Source: an uncultured Planctomycetota bacterium
GTDB lineage: Bacteria; Planctomycetota; Planctomycetia; Isosphaerales; Isosphaeraceae
Assembly (NCBI GenBank): GCA_963815795.1
Contig: CAWFIC010000012.1
Location: 13,304 to 77,303, forward strand
Length of the DNA stretch: 64,000 nucleotides
Direction: 5' to 3'
Shown here one piece after another: positions 31,601 through 41,659 of the stretch. Made by a program: the position numbers and the translations under genes. The notes beneath the pieces were generated by a model that worked only from the letters and a program-made list of their open reading frames with translations, was not told the origin of the DNA and ran no database searches. How positions within the stretch are numbered: position 1 is the stretch's first letter; each line of letters begins with the position of its first letter.

Positions 31601-32565
31601 AAGGTGGCGGGGAAGGCACTGTTGGTGATCAGCGTGGCGTTGAGGAAGCTGCCAGGCTGCAGGCTCACCTCGTAGAGACCCTTCCGGCCCGATGTCGCGT
31701 TGACCGCGTACGAGCTGACGAAGAGGTTGCCGGTGAAGGAGTCGTACGTCATGCCATCGAGTCCCTGCATCGGGCCGGAGCTCGCGATCACCTGGAAGGT
31801 CTGGGGATCCAGCTCGACGACGGCGTCGTCGTTGGAAACGGCGAACAGACGCCCTTGACTGTCGAAAGCGAGGCCATCCGTGTACTGGCCGCTGCCGAAC
31901 GTGGTCGGCGTCTGGCCCGGGTCGTTCAGATTGACCTCATAGATCTCGCCGGTGGTATCGCTGGTGGCCAGCACGAAGTTGCCGCCCGGCACCAGGGCGA
32001 GGTCGTGGCCGCCGTTTCCGATCGTCGCCAGCAGCGTATCGGACGAGATGCCGACCGTGGGATCGACCCTCCGGACCTGTCCGACGCCGTCGGCCGACCA
32101 GGCGGTGTAGATGAGGTCGTTGTTGTTGTCGAAGATCAGGCTGTCGAGTCCCTCGCTCACGGGGATCGTCTGGAGAAGGATGCCGGTGGTCTTGTCCACC
32201 TTGTAGATCTGGCCGTTATCGATGTCGCTCGCGTAGAGGATGGCCTGCGGCCCGGCCGCGAGCGGTCCCGCCCCCGATTTGGGGGTGGGGATGGCGTATT
32301 GAGTGATCCCGCCGCCGGGGTTGGCCGGGTTGAGCTTGCCGATGGCATTCGAGTTCAGCGTGAACCAGAGGTTCGTATCCGGCCCGGCCCCGGTGGCGAC
32401 GCCCAGCGGATCGACGCCCCCCGCGAGCAGGCGACGCGACTCCAGGAGTTCGAGCACCGGCGCCCGGCGCCTCCATCTCCCCGCTCGCCACCGTCGTCGC
32501 CCTCCTCGCCAATCCGGCACCGCACCGGCCCTGGCGGCCCGCCACCGTGGGATTTCGCTCGTCAT
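28585..32565 (-). CDS. giant secreted multidomain protein (paralog V1): R-rich/LELLESRRLL N-terminus, NHL/SMP-30-like and Vgb(streptogramin-lyase)-like beta-propeller repeats, MBG-type and Ig-like repeats
   Basis: Repeated ..G(T/N)(I/L)WFTE..N.IG.I(N/D)P.T..I.E(Y/F).. blades. Repeated ALTITA..(K)VYDG(T/A).. modules. Ig-like C-terminus. Start was set to MTSEIPRW (32565) by comparison with paralog V2. The ORF track starts at 32601. Confidence 0.85.
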   Translation of the reverse strand: MTSEIPRWRAARAGAVPDWRGGRRRWRAGRWRRRAPVLELLESRRLLAGGVDPLGVATGAGPDTNLWFTLNSNAIGKLNPANPGGGITQYAIPTPKSGAGPLAAGPQAILYASDIDNGQIYKVDKTTGILLQTIPVSEGLDSLIFDNNNDLIYTAWSADGVGQVRRVDPTVGISSDTLLATIGNGGHDLALVPGGNFVLATSDTTGEIYEVNLNDPGQTPTTFGSGQYTDGLAFDSQGRLFAVSNDDAVVELDPQTFQVIASSGPMQGLDGMTYDSFTGNLFVSSYAVNATSGRKGLYEVSLQPGSFLNATLITNSAFPATFRPDGLESDGEGNVYVASLGDKIYQYDITTGQLTALTSVLPGLDDLVPLSGTGGHSAPEYWFFEQSADKFGAIEPTTGHITETPPLSTANTQVDGITPGPGGTIWFTESNTDRIGVIDTDTDAITEFPLTTPGADPYGIVEAPDGTIWFTEAGANRIGSINPTTHHIQEYPIDSSGNDQAESIAIGPDKNLWFTLTGTNKIGAMNPTTGAMIGEYSVPTANAGLSQIVSDPAAGNLWFTEEAANNVGTIDPTTKAIDESAVPTAGAAPLAMAVDTSGNIWFTESNGGRIAEFSPNNPNSITEYGVPIPQPNFSGLTEETVTYGSTVTFTGTLAAGPLVPVGEEVAVTVDGVTQNATIASDGSFSISFSRANVVLNARPLAYDVTYAYAGDGIFLAADGSSQLTVNPEALTITATSDTKVYDGTTGATAVPTIASGSLAAGDTANFTERFGTKNVGTGLTLTPNGAVVDGNDGGNYTYTFVPVSTGAITPAALTITATSDSKVYDGTTASSQAPTYGTLYRSDTVTGLTQAFASEDVLGAGGSTLEVTGYAVNDGDGGKDYTVTTQAASGTISPAALTITANDLSKVYGATLPTLTASYHGLVAGETSASLTTPPTLSTNATASSPVAAGGYAITVSGAVDGNYTITYAPGTLMVTPAPLTITAADATKVYGAALPAFQATYSGFVNGDTAARLTTPPTLTTTATASSPVVSGGYSIMATGAVDPNYAITDVPGTLTVTRATPTLSVSAPGGAFDGSPFPASVTIAGAGNNGRPAASLEDVSPVLTYYVGSGTSGTALGSAPPMQPGAYTVVAAFPGSADYTAVLSSPVMFSITASASRAATEIVLVPEPVFKKKHKLVSLGLKAEVQPIAPGAGVPTGAVTFEVQKKTRKKVTEQVLGTVALSGGSATLAVKPKSVLKKSVTILYGGDADFQASSSTASVSASGSAALARLVTRVSKPGGSALTPSLQTGVVQVTSTSYPARRPARGLRIATLVFRETSGAHFKK

Positions 32566-32601
32566 GGTCTTTCGGCTCCGCTGATGATGATGACCCGGCA
32601 A

Positions 32602-32760
32602 GAAAGATGATCACGTCCGTCGGGCTTTCGGGCCGGAGTCACAATCCGTCGCTGCTGTAAATTGTTGCTTGTTATCCAGATTGTTATCATGAATGGCACG
32701 CGTGACTGCCGGTGCTTTGACCTGATTACGAACGGTCTAGTCACGAGCCGGAGATACCGC
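32602..32760 (-). promoter_or_regulatory. conserved upstream/leader block of V1 (shared with V4)
   Basis: About 80% identical by eye to 41660-41926 apart from an insertion there. It contains TTGTTATC twice (32669-32676, 32681-32688) and the stem cgtgact(32701-32707)/agtcacg(32739-32745). Confidence 0.4.
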
Positions 32761-32845
32761 CGGGCCGACCGGCCCGCCCGCATCGCCCGGAACCGGCCGG
32801 TCCGGGATCGGTCGAGAGGGAGGCCGGAGTCCGTTTCTGGTTCCT
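32760..32845. repeat. R-element copy (hairpin-containing intergenic repeat)
   Basis: ccgggccgaccggcccgcccgcatcgcccggaaccggccggtccgggatcggtcgagaggg.... The stem is gaccggccc/gggccggtc. There are four copies in the window. Confidence 0.8.
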
Positions 32846-32969
32846 GCCCGCGGCCCGACCCCTGGCCGCTGGCCGGCTTGCCCGACCGACTCGATGCGCT
32901 CGGCACCAGTTCCGGCTGCCGCCCGGGCCCCGGATGCCGGGCCGTCGGCCGATGGGCGGCTTTCAGCGG

Positions 32970-33059
32970 GCCGGCATGGGCCGGGCTTCCCAGGGCGTCC
33001 AAGCCGTCGAGCAGCAGCGGGCGGATCCGATCGTCGAGCCAGGGATGATCAAACGGCTC
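32970..33059 (-). pseudogene. remnant of the last ~30 codons of a sigma-like gene (paralog of 45254..46663)
   Basis: EPFDHPWLDDRIRPLLLDGLDALGSPAHAG compared with GQPWLDDRIRLLLLAGLDALGSPARAG at the end of the 469-aa protein. The DNA is also similar (ccctggctcgacgatcggatccgc is shared). Confidence 0.6.
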
Positions 33060-33111
33060 AGAAGCCGTTCTTCGCCTTTCGGCTCGCGACCCCGTTCCTC
33101 CCCACGCCGGC

Positions 33112-35400
33112 TCAGGCCGGCCAGACGCTTTTCGCTTTCGCCAGGATGTTGAAGACGGTATCGTTCGTGGCCAGGAAGTCGCCCGTCGCGCTAGAGACCC
33201 CATCCGGCGGCGTGGCGTTGACGGTGATCTGGCCCCCCTTCGCGAACGCTTGCTTCCCCATGATGGTCAAGATGACGGCGTTCGTGGACGCGTCGTATCT
33301 CGCCTGGACGGTGACCGGCTCGGTCACGAGGATACGCCTCCTCTTGACGCGCCGCGTCGTGTAGGCGGTGACGTGGTAATTGGTGGCGAGACCGGCACTC
33401 GCCGAATTCATCGCGGTGCTGTAAACGAGCTCGAAGCCGACGAGCACCGGCTTGCCCGCCTGCTTGCCTTTCTTGTGGGGCTTCGGCTGCATCAGGGGTT
33501 CTTCGCTGACGACCGTCGGAGAAGGCGGGACGGGAGGCCCCGGCACGACGTACTCCGTGATGATGCCGGTGTTGTTCGGGGAGAGCTCGGCGATCCGGCT
33601 GCCGTTCGACTCGGCGACCCAGACGTTCCCGTTCCGGTCGACCGCGATCGCCCCGGGAGCGGCACCGGCGGTCGGCAGGGGGAACTCGGCGATGGCCTTG
33701 GTGGTGGGGTTGATCCAGCCGACCTTGTCCGCGGCCGCCTCGGTGAACCAGAGATTTCCATCCGCCGGATTGGACACGATCTGAGTGAGGCCGGCATTGG
33801 CCGTCGGGACGCTGTATTCGCCGATCATCGCGCCGGTCGTCGGGTTCATCGCGCCGATCTGGTCGGCACCGGCAAGGAAGAACCAGAGGTTCGAATCGGG
33901 CCCGACGGCGATGCTCTCGGGTTGGCCGCCCGAGGAGTTGATCGGGAACTCCTGGATGGCGTACGTCGTCGGGTTGATCCGCCCGATCCGGTTCGCCCCA
34001 GCCTCGGTGAACCAGATGGTGCCGTCCGGGCCTTCCACGATCCCGTACGGGTGGGCGCCCGGGGTGGTCAGAGGGAACTCGGTGATCTGGTCGGTGTCCG
34101 TGTTGATCATCCCGATCCGGTTCGTGTTGAACTCGGTGAACCAGATCGTCCCGCCCGGTCCAGGGGTGATGCCATCGACCTGCGGGTTGCCGCTGGTGTG
34201 GAAGGAGAGCTCTGTGATGTGACCGGTGGTCGGGTCGATGGCGCCGAACTTGTCGGCTGACTGCTCGAAGAACCAGTACTCGGGGGCGGAATGTCCGCCC
34301 GTGCCGGACAGGGGAACCAGGTCGTCGAGGCCCGGGAGGGGGCTCGTGAGGGCCGTCAGTTTGCCGGTGGTGATGTCGTACCGGTAGATGCTGCCGGCAG
34401 CCAGGTAGAGGTTGCCCTCCCCGTCGGGCTCGAGCCCGTCGGGAATGAAAGTCGTGGGGAATGCACTGCTGGTGATGAGCTTGGCCTGGAGGAAGCTGCC
34501 CGGTTGCAGGCTCAGCTCGTAGAATCCCGCCCGGCCTGATGCCGCGTTGACCGTGCGCGAGGAGGCGAACAGGTCGCCGCTGAAGGGGTCGAACGATAGG
34601 CCATCGAGTCCGCTCAGCGGGCCAGAACTCGCCATCACGGTGAAGGTGGTTGGATTCAATTCAACGATGACCGAGTTCGATACGGCGAACAGTCGGCCGG
34701 AACTGTCATAAACGATGCCTTCCGTGAACTGGCCGCTCCCGAACGATGTCGGCGTCTGGCCGGGGTTCGTCAGGCTAACCACGTACTCGGTACCGTTGGA
34801 CCTGCCGGTGACCAGCACGGACTTGCCGTCCGGCGTCAGGGTGAGGTCCCCGTCGTCGTGTCCAATCGTGGCCAGCAGGGTGTCGGACGAGATGCCGATC
34901 TCGGGGTTGACCATCCGGACTTGTCCGACTGCGTACGCGGTGTAGATGATGTCGTTGTTGCCGTCGAAGATGAGACTGTCCTGCGGCTCGGCCACGGGGA
35001 TCGTCTGCAGCACGGCGCCGGTGGTCTTGTCGACCTTGTAGATCTGGGCCTTGCTATTGTCGCTCGCGTAGAGGATGGCCTGCGGCCCCGCCGCGATCGG
35101 TCCCGGCCCCGAGTTGGGGGTGGGGATGGCGTATTGAGTGATCCCGGCGGCGGGGTTGGCCGGGTTGATCATGCCGATGTTGTTCGAGCTCAGCGTGAAC
35201 CAGATGTTCGGGTCCGGCCCGGCTCCGGTGGCGACTCCCAGCGGATCGCCGCCTGCACTGAGCAACTGACGCGACTCCAGGAGCTCGAGCACCGGCGCCC
35301 GGCGCCTCCATCTCCCGGCTCGCTGCCGCCGTGGCCCTCCTCGCCAATCCGGCACCGCACCGGCCCTGGCGGTCTGCCATCGTGGGATGTCGCTTGTCAT
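33112..35400 (-). CDS. secreted beta-propeller protein (paralog V2, 762 aa)
   Basis: MTSDIPRWQTARAGAVPDWRGG..RRRAPVLELLESRQLLSAG. Same two propeller regions as V1. The C-terminal module ...GFELVYSTAMNSASAGLATNYHVTAY...FAKGGQITVN is shared with V4. Confidence 0.85.
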   Translation of the reverse strand: MTSDIPRWQTARAGAVPDWRGGPRRQRAGRWRRRAPVLELLESRQLLSAGGDPLGVATGAGPDPNIWFTLSSNNIGMINPANPAAGITQYAIPTPNSGPGPIAAGPQAILYASDNSKAQIYKVDKTTGAVLQTIPVAEPQDSLIFDGNNDIIYTAYAVGQVRMVNPEIGISSDTLLATIGHDDGDLTLTPDGKSVLVTGRSNGTEYVVSLTNPGQTPTSFGSGQFTEGIVYDSSGRLFAVSNSVIVELNPTTFTVMASSGPLSGLDGLSFDPFSGDLFASSRTVNAASGRAGFYELSLQPGSFLQAKLITSSAFPTTFIPDGLEPDGEGNLYLAAGSIYRYDITTGKLTALTSPLPGLDDLVPLSGTGGHSAPEYWFFEQSADKFGAIDPTTGHITELSFHTSGNPQVDGITPGPGGTIWFTEFNTNRIGMINTDTDQITEFPLTTPGAHPYGIVEGPDGTIWFTEAGANRIGRINPTTYAIQEFPINSSGGQPESIAVGPDSNLWFFLAGADQIGAMNPTTGAMIGEYSVPTANAGLTQIVSNPADGNLWFTEAAADKVGWINPTTKAIAEFPLPTAGAAPGAIAVDRNGNVWVAESNGSRIAELSPNNTGIITEYVVPGPPVPPSPTVVSEEPLMQPKPHKKGKQAGKPVLVGFELVYSTAMNSASAGLATNYHVTAYTTRRVKRRRILVTEPVTVQARYDASTNAVILTIMGKQAFAKGGQITVNATPPDGVSSATGDFLATNDTVFNILAKAKSVWPA

Positions 35401-36138
35401 GATCTTTCGGCTCCGCTGTTGCCTTTAGCGTGAGTGCCTGGAGACGATGGAGCGGAATCAAAGGGGTCGAAAGTCGCGCTCGGCTTTCGGCTCCAGACCC
35501 CGTTCCTTCCCTCGGTGAACCGAATATTGCCGTCCGGGCCTTCGACGATCCCGGACGGCTGGGCGCCGGGGGTGATCACGGGAAAGAACGAGACCTGGTC
35601 GGTGGCCGTATTGATCACGCCGATCTGGTTCGTGTTGAGCGCGGTGAACCAGACCGTCCCTTTCGGTCCCGCAGTGATCCCGCCGACGATCGCAACCGCG
35701 GTGGGTAAGGGGACCTCGGTGATGTGGTCGGTGGTCGGGTTGATGACGCCGAACTGGTTGAAGCGCGTCTCGAAGAACCAGTAATTCCCATCCGGCCCGT
35801 CCCCGATCGGGCCGGGGTCGGAATCGTAGGTGGGGGTAGTGTATTGAGCGATCCCGGCGCCGGGATCGCTCGGATTGATCATCCCGATGTTGCTCGAGCT
35901 CAGGGTGAACCAGATATTTCTTGTCGGTCCCGGCGCCGGACGCAACTCCCAGAGCGTTACCACCTTCCATGCGAATCGGGAACTCGGCGACGTTGACGGA
36001 TAGGAGCCGCCGTGACTCGAGGGCTTCGAGCACCGGCGAGCGGCGTCTCCATTTCTCCGCCGACTTCCGCCGGCCATTTCGTGAATCCTCGGCCACCACG
36101 GCCTGCGGAGCCGGTCCTCTGGCCTGGTCGCTCCTCAT
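35397..36138 (-). pseudogene. truncated, frame-shifted paralog V3 (N-terminus plus about three Vgb-like blades)
   Basis: ORF 35458..36138 reads MRSDQARG...RRRSPVLEALESRRLLSVN..GVASGAGTDK. ORF 35397..36077 then reads NIWFTLSSSNIGMINP...GTVWFTALNTNQIGVINT...GPDGNIRFTEG. The shift is at the T-run 35917-35919. Sense ends abruptly where the V2 leader begins. Confidence 0.65.
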
Positions 36139-36385
36139 GGTCGTTCGCCCCTTCTGCCGCTCGACAGTCGTTCACATCAGCCTGGGATCGGACCGGCCGC
36201 GGGGTCCGGGACGAACCACCCCCACCCGAAAGCAGACGTCTGAGGCGTTCCGATCTTGCGCTCGATCGCCCACTCAATCCCCGGCGCAACTCAGCCGGCG
36301 CAGGATCGTCTTTCCTTTGGCGGCGCCGCGAAGGCCGCCGAAGCGCATCGATGCTTCGGCTGGACATTGCATGTTATCGAGACTG

Positions 36386-36433
36386 CAACTGACCGCCAAG
36401 AGGATAACCTGAAGTCCTTCACTTTTTGAAGCG
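36386..36433. repeat. 48-nt conserved element, copy 2 (about 35 nt downstream of the V4 stop)
   Basis: See the feature at 28553-28600. Confidence 0.8.
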
Positions 36434-36467
36434 GGGTCCTAGGTGATGCCTCGGGGCCATCGGCTCC

Positions 36468-39400
36468 TCAACCTGGCGTGACAACGGTCCCCTTCGCCGC
36501 GATGGTGAGCGTGGCGTCGTCTGAACTGAGATGCTCGTTGTCCGCGCTGAAGATCTCGGAGTAGTTGACCGCGATCTGGCCCCCCTTGGCGAACGTCTGC
36601 TTGCCCGAGAGGGTCAGCATGACGGAGTTGGTCGCCGCGCTGTACGACGCCACCAAGGGGACGCGGTTGTACGTCAGCGGCGTTTTCTTCTTGCCGCGCT
36701 TGGTGGACGCCGCGGTCACCACGTAGTTGGTCGAGGCGCCGGCGGTCGTCGGATTCATCGCGGTGCTGAAATCCAGGGTGATACTCCGCACTAAGGGCTT
36801 GCCCTCCGGCTTGCCCCTCTTGTTCTTCTTCCGGAACACCAGCACCTGCTCGCCCGTGATCGTCGGGGCCTGGGCATGGTTGCCGCTGTTCACGTTGATG
36901 GGCGGTGTCGATACCGGGGGCAGTGCGGCCGCCGCCGCCTCGATCGACCCCCCTTGTGCGGTCGTACCGACGGTGAGGCCGGTGAACGTCGCGACCCCTT
37001 CCTGGGCCTGCACCGGGGCGGTCTGGCCGCCGCCCGGCAGCGTGAGCGTCACATCGTCGTTGAAGGATGTGCTCACATTGCCGTATTGATCCTCGGCGGA
37101 GACGACCACGGTGAACGCCCGCCCGGACGTGATGGGATCGGGTGGCGGGGTCGTGAAGACCAGTTGCGCGGCCGCGGCCGGCTTCACTGCAATCGTCGTG
37201 TTGCCCGAGTCCGTGTGATTCGCGGAGTCCGTGGCGGCGATCGTCTGGCTCCCTGCGGTCTTCAGGACGACATCGGTGAAGGCGCGGATCCGCCGTCGGC
37301 GGCCGTGAATTTGTAGCTCGCCGGCAAGCCGCTGACCTGGCTGTCGGTGCTGCCAAGGTCGACCGTGCCTTCATACTGGTTCGGGCCGCTGCCGGCGCGA
37401 TTGTTGTAATGGTCGTAGGCCGTGATGGTGACCGCGCCTGCAGTCCCGGCGACGTCCGAAGTGGGGAAGGTAGTGGTCACGACGAAGTGGTCCGGCGCCG
37501 CCGGGACGACCGACTCCGACTGTTTGGCCGAGACCTTGAGAGCGGAGTCGGATGCAGCGACAGTCGGACCGCCCGCCTGGGTGTCGCCGTAGTAGACGGT
37601 GGCCGAGGACTGGTCGGCGGGGATGACGATGCCGGTGATTGTCGCGGAGCCGTCCTGGGTCGCATAGAAGACGCCGGCGACGCCGGTCGTGGCCAGGGCA
37701 ATCGTCTGCGCGGCGCCGGAGGCGGCCGCCGGATTGCCGTAGGGGTCCTCGAGCTGGACGGTAACCGGCCCGCGGGTGCCCGCGACCAGAGTCAAAGCCG
37801 GGCTGGTGATCGCCACCTGGCTCGCCGCCGCCGGGACCACGTCAACCGTGGCCTCGCCGGCGACCGTGCTGGTGACCGAGTCTGTTGCTGTGATCGTCTG
37901 GTCACCCGCCGTCGTCAGGACGATGCCAGTGAAGACGTAGAATCCCGCATCGTTCGCGGTGAAGACGTGCGCGGCAGGTAGGCCCGTCGCCTGGCCGTCG
38001 GTGCCGGCCAGATCCGCCGAGCCCAGGTACTCGTCGGGGCCGCTGCCGGCGGTATTACCGTAGTGGTCCTTCGCGGTAACGGTCACCGTGCCCGGTGTCC
38101 CGGCGATGTCGGATCTGGCAAAGGACGTGGTCAGGACGAAGTGGTCGGCCGCCGCCGGGTTGACCGTCTCGACCAGATTGACCGAGGAGCTGAGGGCGGT
38201 ATCGGAGACCGTCAGCGTCGGGGTGCCCGCCTGGGTATCGCTGTAGTAGACCGTGGCCGAGGACTGGCCGGCGGGGATGGCGACGCCGGTCATCGGGTTG
38301 CCGCCGGCCGCGCCCGCGTAGAAGCCCCCGACCGAGCTGGTCGTCCCCAGGCCGATCGCCTGGTCGGCGGTGGAAGTGGCTCCGAGGTTGCCGTACTCGT
38401 CCTCGAGCTCCAGAGTGACCGGCCCCCGGCTCCCCGCGGCGAGGGTCAGCGGGGCGCTGGTGATCGCCGCCCGGCTGGCCGCCGCCGGGTCGACCGTCTC
38501 TTGCTGGACCAACACGGAGCCGAGTGTCGAGGCGGAGGCGGTGATCGTCGGGGTGCCCGCCTTGATGTCCGCGTAATAGAAGGTGGCGGAGCTCTGGCCG
38601 GCGGGGATCGTGAGACCGGTGATCGCGCTGCCGCCAGACGAACTCGCGTAGAAGGCCGCCGCCGGGCTGGTCGTCGCCAGGCTGACCGCCTGGTCGCTGG
38701 TTGACGTCGCCCCCAGGTTGCCGTAGAGGTCCTTGAGTTCCACGTCAACCAGTCCGCGACCTCCGGCGACCAGGGTCAGCGGGGCGCTGGTGATCACCAT
38801 CTTGGTGGCGGGGGCCGGGACCACATCGACCGCGGCGCTGGTGCCGGTGATCGCGCCAGTGGCCGCCTGGATCGTATAAGTGCCCGCATTGACGATCGAT
38901 AGTCCCGAGAATGTCGCAACGCCGTCCTGGGCGGGCTCAGAACGGGCGCCATTCAAGGTAACGCCGGGATTATTGGCCAGCGCGATCGTCACCGTGCTGA
39001 CCGGGGAATCGACCGGGTTGCCATACTCATCGACGACTTCGACCGCCAGGCCGAACGTGGCGCCGGCAACGATCGTGCTCGGTGGTTGCTGGCTCACCAT
39101 CAATCCGGAGACGGGCCCGGCCGTCACGGTGATGGGACCCGCCGTGCTCGCGGCCAGGCTGCCGCTGGTCGCCTGGATCGTATAAGTACCGACCGCGGTG
39201 ATCGCCAGGCCCGAGAAGGTCGCGATTCCTCGCGTGGCGGTCGCGGTGGACGAACCATGAAGCATGCCCACCGGCTCGTTCACCAGCGCGATCGTCATGG
39301 TCGCGTTGAACGTCGTGTCGAGGTTGCCGTACGAGTCCTCGGCATCCACGGTGAAGCCGAAGTTCGTCCCCGCGGCGACCGAGCTCGGGGGATTGCCCGG

Positions 39401-41623
39401 TGTGACGACCAGTTGGGTCGCGGCTCCCGCTGTCACGTCGATGAAGGTCGTGGTGACCGAGCTCAGGCGTCTGCTGGTCGCCTCGATCTGATAAGCTCCT
39501 GCCGAGTCGATGGACAACCCGGTGAACGTGATCTGCCCTCCTTCGGCGTTCGCCGTGACGTTGCCTTGGAGGGCGCCGCCGCCATTGACCAGCGCCAGGG
39601 TGACGCTGCCGTTAAAGCCCGTCGCCGGGTCGCCGTACTGGTCCTCGGCGATGAGACTCACGCTGAACAACCCGCCCGCGACGACGGAGGACGGCGGCTC
39701 GCCCCCGGGCGCGATCACCAACTGGGTGGCGGGCCCCGTCACGCCGTACTCCGTGATCACACCGGGGTTGTTCGGGGAGAGCTCGGCGATCTGACCGCCG
39801 TTCGATTCGGTGAACCAGATATTCCCGCTCGTGTCGACCGCCATCGCCAGGGGAGCGGCGCCCGCCGTCGGCACGGGGTACTCGTTGATGAGCTTGGTTG
39901 TGGGGTCGATCGTCCCCACGTTGCTCGCGGCCTCCTCGGTGAACCACAGGTTCCCGGCCGCCGGATCCGACACGATCTGAGAGAGGCCGGCGTTGGCCGT
40001 CGGGACGCTGTATTCGCCGATCATCGCGCCGGTCGTCGGGTTCATCACGCCGATCTTGTTGGTGCCGGCCAGGGTGAACCAGAGGTTCTTGTCGGGCCCG
40101 ATGGCGATGCTCTCGGCCTGGTCGTTGCCCGAGGAGTCGATGGAGTACTCCTGGATCTGGTCTGTCGTCGGGTTGATCCTGCCGATCTGGTTTGCCCCCG
40201 CCTCGGTGAACCAGATGGTGCCGTCCGGACCTTCCACGATCCCGTACGGGTCGGCGCCCGGATTCAGCTTGAACTCGTTGATCTGGTCGGTGCCCGTGTC
40301 GATCACCCCGATCTGGTCCGTGTTGGACTCGGTGAACCAGATCGTCCCGCCCGGCCCGGCGGTGATCCCGGCGACCTGCGTGTTGGCGGTGGTGAGCGGA
40401 GGGAGCTCTGTGATGTGACCGGTGGTCGGGTCGATGGCGCCGAACTTGTCGGCTGATTGCTCGAAGAACCAGTACTCGGGGACGGAATGTCCACCTGAAC
40501 CCGTCAGGGGCACCAGGTCGTCGAGGCCCGGGAGGGGGCTCGTGAGGGCCGTCAGTTGCCCGGTGGTAATGCCGTACTGGTAGATCTTGTTGTCGCCCCT
40601 CGCAGCCTCGGAAGCCAGGTAGAGGTTGCCCTCGCCGTCCGGCTCGAGCCCGTCGGGGTCGAAGGTGGTGGGGAATGCACTGCTGGTAATCAGAGTGGCG
40701 TGGAGGAAGCTGCCCGGCTGGAGGCTCAGCTCGTAGAAACCCTCCCGGCCCGATACCGAGTTGACCGTGCGCGAACTGGCGAACAGGTCGCCGCTGAAGG
40801 GGTCGAACGCCAGGCCGTCGAGTCCGCTCAGCGGGGCGGAACTCGCGATCACGCTAAAGGTGTTCGGATCCAGCTCGACGATCGTCGAGTTCGCCACGGC
40901 GAAGAGGCGGCCGGAAGTGTCGTAGACGATACCCCCCTTGTACTGGCCGCTTCCGATCGTGGTGGGCGTCTGGCCGGGGTTCGTCAGGCTGACCTCGTAG
41001 ATCATGCCGGTGGTCTGGCTGGTGACCAGCACGGAGTTGCCGCCCGGCACCAGGGCGAGGTCCACGGCCCGGTTTCCGACCGTGGCCAGCAGCGTATCGG
41101 ACGAGATGCCGACCGTGGGGTCCACCCGCCGAACTTGCCCGACGCCGCCGACCGAGAACGCGCTGTAGATGAGGTCGTTGTGGCTGTCGAAGATGAGACT
41201 GTCGAGCGGTTCACTCACGGGGATGGTTTGGAGCAGAGCCCCAGTCGTCTTGTCAACCTTGTAAATCTGGCCGTTATCCAGGTCGCTCGCGTAGAGGATA
41301 GCCTGCGGCCCGGCCGCGATCGGTCCCGCCCCCGATTTGGGGGTGGGGATGGCGTATTGAGTGATCCCGCCGCCGGGGTTGGCCGGGTTGATCATGCCGA
41401 TGGCATTCGAGTTCAGCGTGAACCAGAGGTTCGTGTCCGGCCCGGCCCCGGTGGCGACCCCCAGCGGATCGACGCCCCCCGCGAGCAGGCGGCGCGACTC
41501 CAGGACCTCGAGCACTGGGGCCCGGCGCCTCCATCTTCCTGCTCGCCACCGCCGTTGCCCTTCCCGCCAATCCGGCACCGCACCGGCCCTGGCGGCCCGC
41601 CACCGTGGGATGTCGCTCGTCAT
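36468..41623 (-). CDS. giant secreted multidomain protein (paralog V4, about 1715 aa if repaired); frame break near 37281-37284
   Basis: ORF 37262..41659 (MTSDIPRW start at 41623) has the same N-terminus and propellers as V1, followed by many Ig-like repeats (F..V.A.D.YGN). ORF 36468..37187 continues it after a 1-nt shift (...AADGGSA|FTDVVLKTAGSQTIAATD...). Confidence 0.8.
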
Positions 41624-41659
41624 GGTCTTTCGGCTCCGCTGATGATGATGACCCGGCAA

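Noticed and set aside
28585-41623. Streptogramin (virginiamycin B) lyase antibiotic-resistance genes.
   Set aside because: Only the repeat type of the propeller resembles Vgb. These are 760-1700-aa secreted multidomain proteins with adhesin-like repeats, not ~300-aa cytoplasmic lyases.
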